Shown here: positions 1 to 9,763 of the stretch, piece by piece | Layout of the letters: every line of letters begins with the position of its first letter | How positions within the stretch are numbered: the first letter of the stretch is position 1 | Assembly (NCBI GenBank): GCA_020059745.1 | Contig: JAGVBK010000004.1 | Location: forward strand, 242,511-306,510 | Length of the DNA: 64,000 bases | Origin: Candidatus Shapirobacteria bacterium | Lineage (GTDB): Bacteria > Patescibacteriota > Microgenomatia > UM-FILTER-40-11 | Direction of reading: 5' to 3' | The notes under the pieces: model-generated | Told to the model about the DNA's origin: nothing | Databases searched by the model: none | The model's input: only the letters and a program-made list of their open reading frames with translations | Position numbers and translations under genes: made by a program

Positions 1-11
1 CCAATTGCTTG

Positions 12-41
12 TTGACAAAACAAAGATCATCCACTAAAATA
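12..41 (+). promoter_or_regulatory. Sigma70-like promoter TTGACA-17nt-TAAAAT upstream of rpoB
   Basis: ttgaca at 12-17, 17-nt spacer, taaaat at 36-41, read directly from the sequence. Confidence 0.4.
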
Positions 42-92
42 GCTTCAAATTAAATAAATTGATAACGGGCGTGTAAGTCCGTTTCTTTTGCT

Positions 93-128
93 ATCGCCAA
101 AAGAGAAGTTTTTGGCGATATTTTTTGG
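93..128 (+). terminator. Leader stem-loop with U-run (attenuator-like) between the promoter and the rpoB start
   Basis: Perfect 10-bp inverted repeat atcgccaaaa/ttttggcgat with a 7-nt loop, followed by a-tttttt; sits in the 5' leader of rpoB. Confidence 0.4.
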
Positions 129-141
129 TCATTATCCTTAA

Positions 142-3100
142 ATGAACTCTAAATTAATGAAAATACAAACAAAAGACCGTGTCAATTGGGGTAGAAATTA
201 TTCAGTTTTGCCTCCTTTAGATCTAATTCAGGTTCAAAAAGAGTCTTGGGAATGGTTTAAAAAAGAAGGAATAAAAGAAGCGCTTCGCGAAATTTCACCC
301 ATAGAAGATTTTGCCGGCAAAAACTGGCAGCTTGAGCTTGTTGACTATTCTCTTAGTGAACCAGTAAGAACAATCGAGGAAGCTCAGGAAAAAGGCCTTT
401 CTTACGAAAGATCACTTAAAGTCCAAGCAAGACTTCTTAATAAGCAAACCGGTAAAACAGTTGAGCAAGAAGTATTTTTGGGCGATATTCCGGAAATGAC
501 ACCCCGGGCAACCTTTATTGTTAATGGAATAGAAAGGTGTGTTATTAATCAGGTGGTAAGAGCGCCTGGAGTTTATTTTTCCGGAGAAGTTGATCCTAAC
601 ACCGGAAGGACTCTTTATATGGCTGAAGTAAGGCCGGTAAAAGGTTCTTGGCTTGAGTTTTTTGTAGCAAGAAATGATGTTGTTTCTGTCAGGGTTGACA
701 GACGCAGAAAGTTCCCGGCTACTGTTCTTCTAAGAGCTTTTGGCTTGTCAACTGACGAAGAAATAATTTCTGCTTTTGCTCCTTTGGGCGAGGCTGGCCT
801 CGCTCTTATTGAAAAAACCCTTAAATATGATCCTACTAAGACAAAAGAAGAAGCATTAATTGAAGTTTACAAGAAACTTCGCCCCGGTGAACCGGCAATT
901 TTAGAAAACGCCCAAGAGTTTTTTGTTAATCTTTTTATGAATAATCGGCGTTATGATTTAAGCAAAGTCGGCCGTTATAAGATTAATAACCGTTTAGGAC
1001 TTGACGCAGCAAACGATGAAGACCACTGGACATTAAACCGCGAAGACCTTATTGGTATCGTCACTTATCTTATAAATCTACAAAATGGTAAAGGCGAGGT
1101 TGATGATATTGACCACTTGGCCAACCGGAGAGTAAGAAGAGTTGGCGAGTTGGTTTTGCAAACTGCGGTTAAGGTCGGGCTTTTAAGGCTGGAGAGAATG
1201 ATTAAGGAGAGAATGGCTTTAATGAGTACAGAGGAAAAGTTCATGCCTGGAGCCCTTATTAATGCCAGGCCCTTGATTTCTGCGATTAATGAATTTTACC
1301 GCCAGGGTCAGCTTTCCCAGATTTTAGATCAAACAAACCCTCTTTCAGAGCTTGACAATTTAAGAAGGCTTTCAGTTATGGGTCAGGGCGGCATTACCCG
1401 AGAAAGAGCTTCGTTTTCAATCAGAGACATTAATTCTTCTCAATATAGCCGGATTTGTCCGGTTAGATCCCCTGAAGGACCAAATATTGGCTTGGTTACA
1501 TATCTTTCTTTGTACGCCAGGGTCAATGAGTTTGGCTTTTTAGAGGCTCCTTACAAAAAAGTTGAAAAGACAAAAGTTAACGGCAAAACCAAAGTAAAAG
1601 TTACTGACGAAATTGTTTACCTTCAGGCCGACGAAGAGCGTAATCATTATATTACCCACTCAAGTATTGATATTGACGAAAAAGGCTATATTAGAAGTGA
1701 GCTGGTGCCTGCCAGGTATCTGGGTGACTTTTTAGAAGTTTCCACAGGAATGATTGAGTTCATTGATGTCTGCCCGCAGCAGATTGTTGGCTCTTCGGCT
1801 TCGCTTATTCCTTTTATTGCCAACGATGAACCTAACCGAGCTCTTATGGGTACCCACATGCAGACCCAAGCTGTACCTTTGCTTAATCCAGAAGCGCCGG
1901 TAGTGGGGACAGGAATGGAAGGTCCGGTTTCCTCAGCCATGGGTATGGTGATAAAAGCAAGAAGTAACGGCAAGGTTACTTATGTTGACGCTGAAAAAGT
2001 TGTTATTAAAACCACCGATAAAGCCAAAGAAAAAATTATTGAAGAAAATTATAAAAAAGAAGGCGACCAGGAAACGTACAAAATTGTAAAATTCCAGAGA
2101 ACAAACCCGGTTGGCACCTGCTACTCACAAAAACCATTAGTTTCTGTGGGAGAAGCAGTTAAAAAAGGACAAATAATTATTGACGGACCTGCCAGTGAAG
2201 GTGGAGAGTTGGCTTTGGGAAGAAATTTGCTTATTGCTTATGCGCAGTATGAGGGTTTGGGTTATGAAGATGCTATTGTTATTTCTGAAAGGCTAGTGAA
2301 AGAGGATCTTTTTACCTCAATTTCCATTGAAGAGTATGAGGCTCAGGTTGTTGATACTAAACTTGGACCTGAGGAACTAACCAGAGACATTCCTAATGTC
2401 AGCGAGCAGGATTTGGCGAATTTGGCGGAAGATGGTATTGTTGTTGTCGGAGCTGAAGTTGGCCCAAATGACATTCTTGTTGGAAAAATCGCACCAAAAG
2501 GAGAAACAGAACTTTCTGCCGAAGAGAGGCTTTTAAGAGCGATCTTTGGTGAAAAAGCCAGAGAAGTAAGAGACACTTCCCTAAGAATGCCTCATGGTGA
2601 AAGAGGAATTGTGGTTGGTGTCCAAATTTTAGACAGGGAGAAAAACGATGAGCTTGAACCAGGAGTTAATAAAGTGATTAAGGTCAAGGTTGCCCAGATA
2701 AGGAAGATTTCCGAAGGAGATAAGCTGGCAGGAAGACACGGCAACAAAGGCGTTATCTCAAAAGTAGTGCCCGCTGCGGATATGCCTTATCTTGAAGACG
2801 GCACTCCGGTTGATATTATTATTTCTCCTCTTTCTGTTTTGGCAAGAATGAATTTAGGCCAGCTTTTAGAGGCTCACTTAGGTTGGGCGGCCAAAAAACT
2901 TGGCTACAGAGTAGCGGTTCCTGTTTTTGAGGAATTTACAGAAGAAAGAATGACAGAAGAGATGAAAGAAGCAGGGATTCCTGTCTCGGGTAAGGTAAAA
3001 CTTTATGACGGAAAAACAGGTGATCTTATGGATAACGAAGTCACGGTTGGCATTGCTTATGTTATGAAGCTTATCCATATGGTTGAAGACAAAACTCATG

Positions 3101-3576
3101 CACGGTCAACTGGTCCTTATTCTCTTGTTACCCAACAGCCGCTTGGCGGAAAGGCCCAGATGGGTGGTCAAAGGCTTGGGGAAATGGAGGTTTGGGCTTT
3201 GGAATCACACCAGGCAGCTCATGTTTTACAGGAAATGTTAACTATAAAATCAGATGATGTGGTGGGAAGGGCAAAAGCGTTTGAGGCGGTGGTTAAAGGC
3301 GCTGCAATACCCGAGGCTTCAGTGCCGGAGTCTTTTAATGTTTTGGTAAATGAACTTAAAGCTTTGGGTTTAAATATTATTCCTGAAGGCGTAATTGAAA
3401 AACAAGAAGAGATTGAAGAAGAGGATGAAGAAAAAAGAATTCGGGAAGGGGCAGAAAACCTCGTGGATGCCGGTGCTTCTTTGGAAGTGGAAGTTAATGA
3501 AGAAAATCAGGAGATTGAGGATTTGGTTGAAGCTGATACAGATAATATTGAAACCCAGGAGGAGGCAAACGAGTAA
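142..3576 (+). CDS. rpoB: DNA-directed RNA polymerase subunit beta
   Basis: 1144 aa with hallmark beta-subunit segments (rifampicin-region-like GLVTYLSLYARVNEFGF and NMQRQAVPL-like MQTQAVPLL); acidic E/D-rich C-terminal tail. Confidence 0.97.
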   Translation: MNSKLMKIQTKDRVNWGRNYSVLPPLDLIQVQKESWEWFKKEGIKEALREISPIEDFAGKNWQLELVDYSLSEPVRTIEEAQEKGLSYERSLKVQARLLNKQTGKTVEQEVFLGDIPEMTPRATFIVNGIERCVINQVVRAPGVYFSGEVDPNTGRTLYMAEVRPVKGSWLEFFVARNDVVSVRVDRRRKFPATVLLRAFGLSTDEEIISAFAPLGEAGLALIEKTLKYDPTKTKEEALIEVYKKLRPGEPAILENAQEFFVNLFMNNRRYDLSKVGRYKINNRLGLDAANDEDHWTLNREDLIGIVTYLINLQNGKGEVDDIDHLANRRVRRVGELVLQTAVKVGLLRLERMIKERMALMSTEEKFMPGALINARPLISAINEFYRQGQLSQILDQTNPLSELDNLRRLSVMGQGGITRERASFSIRDINSSQYSRICPVRSPEGPNIGLVTYLSLYARVNEFGFLEAPYKKVEKTKVNGKTKVKVTDEIVYLQADEERNHYITHSSIDIDEKGYIRSELVPARYLGDFLEVSTGMIEFIDVCPQQIVGSSASLIPFIANDEPNRALMGTHMQTQAVPLLNPEAPVVGTGMEGPVSSAMGMVIKARSNGKVTYVDAEKVVIKTTDKAKEKIIEENYKKEGDQETYKIVKFQRTNPVGTCYSQKPLVSVGEAVKKGQIIIDGPASEGGELALGRNLLIAYAQYEGLGYEDAIVISERLVKEDLFTSISIEEYEAQVVDTKLGPEELTRDIPNVSEQDLANLAEDGIVVVGAEVGPNDILVGKIAPKGETELSAEERLLRAIFGEKAREVRDTSLRMPHGERGIVVGVQILDREKNDELEPGVNKVIKVKVAQIRKISEGDKLAGRHGNKGVISKVVPAADMPYLEDGTPVDIIISPLSVLARMNLGQLLEAHLGWAAKKLGYRVAVPVFEEFTEERMTEEMKEAGIPVSGKVKLYDGKTGDLMDNEVTVGIAYVMKLIHMVEDKTHARSTGPYSLVTQQPLGGKAQMGGQRLGEMEVWALESHQAAHVLQEMLTIKSDDVVGRAKAFEAVVKGAAIPEASVPESFNVLVNELKALGLNIIPEGVIEKQEEIEEEDEEKRIREGAENLVDAGASLEVEVNEENQEIEDLVEADTDNIETQEEANE

Positions 3577-3591
3577 CAAGCCTTAAAAAAT

Positions 3592-6500
3592 ATGATAAAA
3601 GGAATTGCAGATTTTAAATCATTAACCATTAAAGTTGCCTCTCCGGAGGAAATTCACGCTTGGTCGCACGGCGAAGTTACCAAGCCGGAGACAATTAATT
3701 ATAGAACCCTAAAACCGGAAAAAGATGGTCTTTTTTGCGAAAGAATTTTTGGTCCGACAAAAGACTGGGAATGCTACTGCGGAAAGTATAAAAGAATCAG
3801 ATATAGGGGGATTGTTTGTGATAAATGCGGCGTTGAGGTTACTCTTTCCCGCGTCAGAAGAGAAAGAATGGGACATATTGACCTTGCTACCCCGGTTGCT
3901 CATGTTTGGTATTTCCGGGGTATCCCTTCAAGGCTTTCAATTCTTCTTGACATTCCGGCAAAGAGCCTGGAGACAGTAGTTTATTTTGCTCAGTATTTAG
4001 TTACCGAAGTTGAAGAAGACAAAAGAAAAGAAGCCCTGGAAAAATTGGCTGAAAACTATAGGGAAAAAGAGGAATTAGTGCAAAAAGAGACAGAAGAGAG
4101 AACAGCACAACTTAAAAAAGATTATGAAAAAGACAAAGAATCTCTTAAAGAAAAAATTCAAAACAAAGAAGCTTACTCTTTAGCAGAAAAAGAACTTGAG
4201 CTTACCAGAAAACAAAAGGAAAAGTGGATTGAAGACAGGGCTAATACTGAACTGGCAAAATTAAAAGAAGAGCTTTCAATTCTCAGTGACAGAGTTAAAG
4301 GATTAAGAGAACTTTCTGTCATTTCTGAAGAAGACTATCTAAAGCTAAGAGATGTTAATGCCGCTGGATTTTTCAAGGTGGGAATGGGAGCGGAAAGTAT
4401 TCTTGAAGTAATAAAAAAGATAAATATTGAAAAGTTGGCCGAGGAACTTAAGGAAGAAGTAAAGTCCTCTTCCGGCCAAAGACATATTAAAGCAGTCAAA
4501 AGATTAAGGTTGGTTGAGGGAATGCTTAGGTCAAGCCAAAGTCCTTCCAGCCTTATTTTAACTGTTTTGCCTGTTATTCCGCCTGATCTTAGGCCTATGG
4601 TCCAGTTAACTGGCGGCAGGTTTGCTACCAGCGACTTAAACGATCTTTACAGAAGAGTAATTAACAGAAATAACCGTCTTAAGCATTTAATTGACCTTGG
4701 TGCACCGGAAATTATTTTGAGAAACGAAAAAAGAATGCTTCAGGAAGCAGTTGATTCTTTAATTGATTCAAACAAAAGCGTCAGGGAAAGAAGAGCCAGG
4801 AGAACTCCAACCTTAAGGTCTCTTTCCGACATGTTAAGAGGAAAACAGGGAAGATTTAGACAAAATCTTTTAGGAAAAAGAGTTGACTATTCAGGCAGAT
4901 CAGTAATTGTGGTTGGTCCTGAGCTTAATTTAAACCAGTGCGGTTTGCCTAAAGAGATGGCTTTGGAAATGTTTAAGCCCTTTGTTTTAAGGGAAATGAT
5001 TGTTAGAGGTGTTGCTCCTAATGTAAAAAGCGCCAAAAATATTCTTGAAAGAAGACCGCCTGAAGTTTTTGATATTCTTGAAGAGATTACCAAAGACCAC
5101 CCAATACTTCTTAACCGAGCGCCGACCTTGCACAAACTCGGTATTCAGGCTTTCTACCCGATACTGATTGAAGGTAGTGCCCTAAGGCTTCACCCTTGTG
5201 TTTGCCAGGGGTATAATGCTGACTTTGACGGCGACCAGATGGCAGTTCATGTTCCTTTATCGCAAAAGGCAAGAAGTGAAGCTATTAATTTAATGATGCC
5301 GGCCCACAACATGTTAAGGCCGGCTGACGGTACGCCAATAAACGCGCCGGACAGAAAAGAAATGGCTTTAGGGACTTACTATTTAACCTCACTTGACCCT
5401 ACCTTAAAAGCAAAGGAAAAGGTTTTCTTGCCGGAAGAAGCGATCACTGCTTACCAGTCAGGAAAAATCAAAGGTAGAGAGCCGGTTAAGGTGAGATTGC
5501 CAAATGCAGAAGTTGTGGAAACCTCTGTGGGGAGAATTTTCTTTAATGAGGCTTTACCGGAATGCTTAAGATTTGTTAACACCGCTGTAAAGCAAAGTAC
5601 TATTAAGGAAATCTTTACCAAAGCCATGAAAGTTTGTACTCACGAGGAAGTGGTAATGCTTATTGACAACCTTAAAAACTTTGGTTTCTTTGGCGGTAGC
5701 GTATCTGGAATCTCTCTTTCCATTAAAGATTGTGAAATGAGCCCGGAAAAAGACGAGATTATTAAAGCCGCAGAAAAACGGGTGGCTGAGATTGAAGATA
5801 CCTACAGGCAGGGATTAATTACCCTTGAAGAGGAAAAAAGACTTATCAGGGGAATTTGGATGGAGACAACCGAAGAACTGGCTGATAAAACCTGGGATAT
5901 TATTGGCGAAACAAACCCGATAAGGCTTGTTATTGACGCTCGTGTCGGCCGTGTTTCCCGGGATACGATCAAGCAGATTTCAGCAATGAGAGGTTTAGTG
6001 GTTGATCCGATGGGAAGAATCGTTGACCTGCCAACTAAAAGCAACTTCAGACAAGGACTTTCCGTTTTTGAGTATGTAACCACAACCAGAGGTTCAAGAA
6101 AAGGTCTTACAGATTCCGCTTTAAAGACCTCTGACGCTGGTTACTTAACCAGAAAGCTGGTCGATGTTTCACACGAGGCAATTATCAGGGAGGAAGACTG
6201 CGGTACCAAGGATGGCGTTGAGATTACTAAAGAAGGTCTTAGAGGCAAGGCCTTTGGTGCCAGAATTTTAGGAAGATTTACGGCTGAGCCGGTTATTGAT
6301 CCAAAGACCAAAAAGACACTTGTCGAAAGAAATGAGGAAATTGATGAAGAAAAGGCAAAACAACTTGAAGAAAACGCAGCAATTACCAAGGTGGTAGTTC
6401 GCTCACCGCTTACCTGTGAGGCTCGTTATGGTCTTTGTGTTAAATGCTATGGTTGGAGCTTTGCAAACAGAGCAACAGTTAAGCTTGGTGTGCCGGTCGG

Positions 6501-7362
6501 AGTTTTGGCGGCCCAATCAATCGGTGAGCCGGGAACTCAACTTACTTTAAGAACCAAGCACACAGCCGGTGTTGTTGGCTTGGATGTGACCCAAGGTTTG
6601 CCTAGGGTGACTGAGCTTTTTGAAATAAGAACTCCAAAAATTGTATCTCCTTTGGCAGAGATTTCCGGAAAGGTTCAGATAGTTTCTGAAGAAGGTGGTT
6701 ATAAAATTATCGTTAAAGAAGGCAAAAAAGACGGTGAAGTCAGGGAATACGTTGTTCCTTTAACGAGTACGCTTAAGGTTGAAGACGGCGAAGAAGTTTT
6801 AGCCGGTACTCAGCTTGCCTCAGGGGCTCTTGAGGTAAGAAATATTCTTGATGTCAGGGGTCTCAGGGAAGCTCAAAAATACCTGGTTGATGAAATTCAA
6901 GCGGTTTATGAATCGCAGGGAATTCCGATTAATGACAGGCATTTTGAGACAATAGTGAGAATGATGAGCGAAAATGTAAGGATTAAAAATCCGGGTGACA
7001 CCTCTTTCCTTCCGGGCGACTTAGTTAACAAAAGAAGGCTTGAAGCGGAAAACAGTGTTATTCGGGAAAACAATGGCAATCCAGCCACAGCTGAGCAGAT
7101 AATTTTGGGAATTACCAGAGCAGCCTTGTTTACCGAATCATGGCTTTCAGCTGCTTCGTTTCAGGAAACAAGCAACATTCTTGCTGACGCTGCCATGATT
7201 GGCAAAAAGGATGACCTCTTAGGCTTAAAAGAGAATGTTATTATTGGTAGGCTCATTCCTGTTTCTCCTGAACGGGCGAAAATTCCGGTTAGAGAAGAGG
7301 CGGTGCCAGAAGAAGAAATAGCTGAAACAGTCCCCGCTGCTCCGGGAGGCGTTAAAATTTAA
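3592..7362 (+). CDS. rpoC: DNA-directed RNA polymerase subunit beta'
   Basis: 1256 aa; N-terminal Zn-finger CYCGKYKRIRYRGIVCDKCGVEV and catalytic NADFDGD motif; sits immediately after rpoB. Confidence 0.97.
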   Translation: MIKGIADFKSLTIKVASPEEIHAWSHGEVTKPETINYRTLKPEKDGLFCERIFGPTKDWECYCGKYKRIRYRGIVCDKCGVEVTLSRVRRERMGHIDLATPVAHVWYFRGIPSRLSILLDIPAKSLETVVYFAQYLVTEVEEDKRKEALEKLAENYREKEELVQKETEERTAQLKKDYEKDKESLKEKIQNKEAYSLAEKELELTRKQKEKWIEDRANTELAKLKEELSILSDRVKGLRELSVISEEDYLKLRDVNAAGFFKVGMGAESILEVIKKINIEKLAEELKEEVKSSSGQRHIKAVKRLRLVEGMLRSSQSPSSLILTVLPVIPPDLRPMVQLTGGRFATSDLNDLYRRVINRNNRLKHLIDLGAPEIILRNEKRMLQEAVDSLIDSNKSVRERRARRTPTLRSLSDMLRGKQGRFRQNLLGKRVDYSGRSVIVVGPELNLNQCGLPKEMALEMFKPFVLREMIVRGVAPNVKSAKNILERRPPEVFDILEEITKDHPILLNRAPTLHKLGIQAFYPILIEGSALRLHPCVCQGYNADFDGDQMAVHVPLSQKARSEAINLMMPAHNMLRPADGTPINAPDRKEMALGTYYLTSLDPTLKAKEKVFLPEEAITAYQSGKIKGREPVKVRLPNAEVVETSVGRIFFNEALPECLRFVNTAVKQSTIKEIFTKAMKVCTHEEVVMLIDNLKNFGFFGGSVSGISLSIKDCEMSPEKDEIIKAAEKRVAEIEDTYRQGLITLEEEKRLIRGIWMETTEELADKTWDIIGETNPIRLVIDARVGRVSRDTIKQISAMRGLVVDPMGRIVDLPTKSNFRQGLSVFEYVTTTRGSRKGLTDSALKTSDAGYLTRKLVDVSHEAIIREEDCGTKDGVEITKEGLRGKAFGARILGRFTAEPVIDPKTKKTLVERNEEIDEEKAKQLEENAAITKVVVRSPLTCEARYGLCVKCYGWSFANRATVKLGVPVGVLAAQSIGEPGTQLTLRTKHTAGVVGLDVTQGLPRVTELFEIRTPKIVSPLAEISGKVQIVSEEGGYKIIVKEGKKDGEVREYVVPLTSTLKVEDGEEVLAGTQLASGALEVRNILDVRGLREAQKYLVDEIQAVYESQGIPINDRHFETIVRMMSENVRIKNPGDTSFLPGDLVNKRRLEAENSVIRENNGNPATAEQIILGITRAALFTESWLSAASFQETSNILADAAMIGKKDDLLGLKENVIIGRLIPVSPERAKIPVREEAVPEEEIAETVPAAPGGVKI

Positions 7363-7399
7363 CCTTGAGCCTGAGGCTGAAATTTGATAAAATAGACCT

Positions 7400-7813
7400 A
7401 TGCCAACGATATCACAACTTATCAGAAAAGGAAGAAAAAAGTTGCCAAAAAAAGTAAAGGCAACAGCTTTAAGACGCTCGTTTAACTCAAGAACAAGAAG
7501 AATGAACGAGTCAACAAATCCTCAAAAAAGGGGTGTAGTAACTTTGGTCAAAACAATGACTCCCAAAAAGCCGAACTCAGCTTTAAGAAAAGTAGCCAGG
7601 GTCAGGCTTTCCAACAAACAGGAAGTTACTGCCTATATTCAAGGAATTGGTCATGATATTTCCGAACATGGTATTGTCCTAATCAAAGGGGGTAGAGTCA
7701 GAGATTTGCCGGGAGTTAAATATCATGTTGTTAGAGGTAAATTTGACGCCGGTGGTGTTGTCGGCAGAAAAAGCAGTCGTTCAAAATACGGAACCAAAGG
7801 CGGAGGCGCATAA
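7400..7813 (+). CDS. rpsL: 30S ribosomal protein S12
   Basis: 137 aa; [12 protein letters not shown]-terminus and [10 protein letters not shown] motif. Confidence 0.95.
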   Translation: MPTISQLIRKGRKKLPKKVKATALRRSFNSRTRRMNESTNPQKRGVVTLVKTMTPKKPNSALRKVARVRLSNKQEVTAYIQGIGHDISEHGIVLIKGGRVRDLPGVKYHVVRGKFDAGGVVGRKSSRSKYGTKGGGA

Positions 7814-8292
7814 TGGCTAGATCAGGAACAATTAAAAAAAGAGAAATTCAACCAGATCCGATTTATAATGACAAGCTTCTTGCTAAATTTATAAACAGGG
7901 TAATGCGTAGTGGTAAAAAAACCATAGCAGAAAAGCAGATTTACGACTCTCTTGAAATGATAAAAGAAAAAACAAACCAGGATCCTTTGCTTGTTTTTCG
8001 TCAAGCGGTTGATAATGTTAAACCTCAAATGGAAGTTCGCTCAAGAAGAGTTGGCGGTGCGGCCTACCAGGTTCCAATGTCGGTGAGGGGCGAAAGAAAA
8101 GAATCTTTAGCCATTCGCTGGATAATTTTGTCTGCTCAGAAAAAATCAAACTCTGAGTTTCATACTTTTGCTGAAAAACTGGCCGCAGAATTGATTGACG
8201 CCTATAATAATCAAGGCGGAGCAATCAAGAAAAAAGAAGACACTCACCGCATGGCAGAAGCCAACAAGGCTTTTGCCCACTTCAGGTGGTAA
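7813..8292 (+). CDS. rpsG: 30S ribosomal protein S7
   Basis: 159 aa with an S7 family signature; overlaps the rpsL stop (taATGg). Confidence 0.95.
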   Translation: MARSGTIKKREIQPDPIYNDKLLAKFINRVMRSGKKTIAEKQIYDSLEMIKEKTNQDPLLVFRQAVDNVKPQMEVRSRRVGGAAYQVPMSVRGERKESLAIRWIILSAQKKSNSEFHTFAEKLAAELIDAYNNQGGAIKKKEDTHRMAEANKAFAHFRW

Positions 8293-8354
8293 ACCCCAAA
8301 TCTTTGAACCTTTTAGCTGTTTAATAAAGCGAAGTTTTTATTTATTATTAGGAT

Positions 8355-8810
8355 TTGCAAATTTATATTTTCATGGAAAATTGGCAAATAATAGCATTGT
8401 CTTTGGGTCTGTTTTCGCTGATGGGTTTTGTTAAAGGTCTTTTAGAAGCTAAAAAGAACAATTCATTTTGTTCAGCCGGAGTATTTAATCTCATTGGCGC
8501 TTTTGTTTGGGCTGATGCAGTTGTCTTTGGACTATTTTTCTTTTTCTTTTCTTTGGTTTCAATAGTGCTTAACGATTTCATTCTTTTTTTACTGGGGATT
8601 TCCTTATTTTGGCTGGTGAGAAGCGTTGGTGAGACAGTTTACTGGTTAAATCAGCAGTTTTCCGATCTTAAGCATAATCCGCCGGAAAGGTTTTTAATTT
8701 ATAAATTTTTTAAAAACGACTCGGTATGGATTATCTACCAAATATTTTGGCAGTGCTTGACTGTCGTCTTTCTTTTATCCTCAATTTATCTCGTTAAGCT
8801 TTGGTTTTAA
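8355..8810 (+). CDS. Hypothetical integral membrane protein
   Basis: Multiple hydrophobic helices and no recognizable family; alternative start at 8373 (MENWQ). Confidence 0.45.
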   Translation: MQIYIFMENWQIIALSLGLFSLMGFVKGLLEAKKNNSFCSAGVFNLIGAFVWADAVVFGLFFFFFSLVSIVLNDFILFLLGISLFWLVRSVGETVYWLNQQFSDLKHNPPERFLIYKFFKNDSVWIIYQIFWQCLTVVFLLSSIYLVKLWF

Positions 8811-8818
8811 GAGAGAAT

Positions 8819-9754
8819 TTAAGCTTTAAAAATTGTTTTTCCTGACGGACAGTAAAAATGTTCCAAACCATCGAAAGTTCCGGGGATTGGTTCCAGCCCA
8901 TCTTTGGTTCTGGCAAACAAAGGCAGTTTAGTTAACCAGACAAAAGGAATACTGTCAATCTCTTTTACTGGTGAGCCTTCATTAAGAACAGTAGCAATTC
9001 CCGCTACCTCAAGGTTAAATTGTTTCAGAAGGGCAACCGCACTGTTTATTGTTCCCTCTGTCAGTCTGGCATCATCAACCAGAAGAACTTTTTGTTTTCT
9101 TCTTGCCATTTCTTCGGCGATTTTGGGGTCCAAGTAAAGTTTTTGCCTTGAGCCAGTGTGTGAAGTGCCTGAATTTACTTTAACTCCTGATTCTTCGCTA
9201 ATCCAAGGTTTAGGCGAGCCGACTTTCAGGTTTCCCTTTTTATCAAGGCCGGCTTTACCTTTTTGAATTGAAGTAAGATAAACAGGCTTTCCTTCTGCTG
9301 ATCTTAAACGGGCAATCTCTTGGGAAAGTTTTGAGCCAAGGCTGTCCGGAGCAACAACAGCATCAAATTCAATCTCTCTTTTTTCAACCTGGTTAAGAAT
9401 TTCCCTGCCCATTTGCTCAAGGTCATTTTGATACCTCTCGTTTGTCATAAGAAGGGCAATTCTTACTTGATTATCTAGCAAATCTGCCTGAAAGTTGGGG
9501 TTAACATCTTGCGGTGTTAAGGCCGTTGGTTCAAATCTTAGCTCTAAAATTAAAGGGTTATCTTCAGCACCAATATTGGCAAAATAAAAATCTCCGGTAA
9601 AAGCCAGCCTATTTTTGCCGGCTGGTTCTTTTATGAAAGTCATTTGTTCCGAAATTTCTCTGTCGAGAAAATGAGCAAGGATTCTTTCCCGCGGGATCGA
9701 AATCCTTTCTCTGCTAAAGCCTGTTTCGGAACTTGTTTTTGGTCTTTCTGACAT
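8819..9754 (-). CDS. Phosphoribosyltransferase-family protein with an N-terminal extra domain
   Basis: Type I PRTase PRPP-binding motif VLLVDDARLTEGT near the C-terminus; 311 aa. Confidence 0.6.
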   Translation of the reverse strand: MSERPKTSSETGFSRERISIPRERILAHFLDREISEQMTFIKEPAGKNRLAFTGDFYFANIGAEDNPLILELRFEPTALTPQDVNPNFQADLLDNQVRIALLMTNERYQNDLEQMGREILNQVEKREIEFDAVVAPDSLGSKLSQEIARLRSAEGKPVYLTSIQKGKAGLDKKGNLKVGSPKPWISEESGVKVNSGTSHTGSRQKLYLDPKIAEEMARRKQKVLLVDDARLTEGTINSAVALLKQFNLEVAGIATVLNEGSPVKEIDSIPFVWLTKLPLFARTKDGLEPIPGTFDGLEHFYCPSGKTIFKA

Positions 9755-9763
9755 ATGCCTCCT

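Noticed and set aside
1686-3099. Minus-strand ORFs of 73-95 aa inside rpoB; similar antisense ORFs occur inside rpoC, fusA, tuf, mod, res, rny and the ECF ATPase
   Set aside because: They lie entirely antisense within long, confidently assigned genes, and have low-complexity S/L-rich translations with no RBS. They are typical shadow ORFs.
3395-3586. Lys/Arg-rich 63-aa + ORF overlapping the rpoB 3' end
   Set aside because: It is an alternative-frame reading of the GAA/GAG-rich acidic tail of rpoB, so it is a frame artefact.
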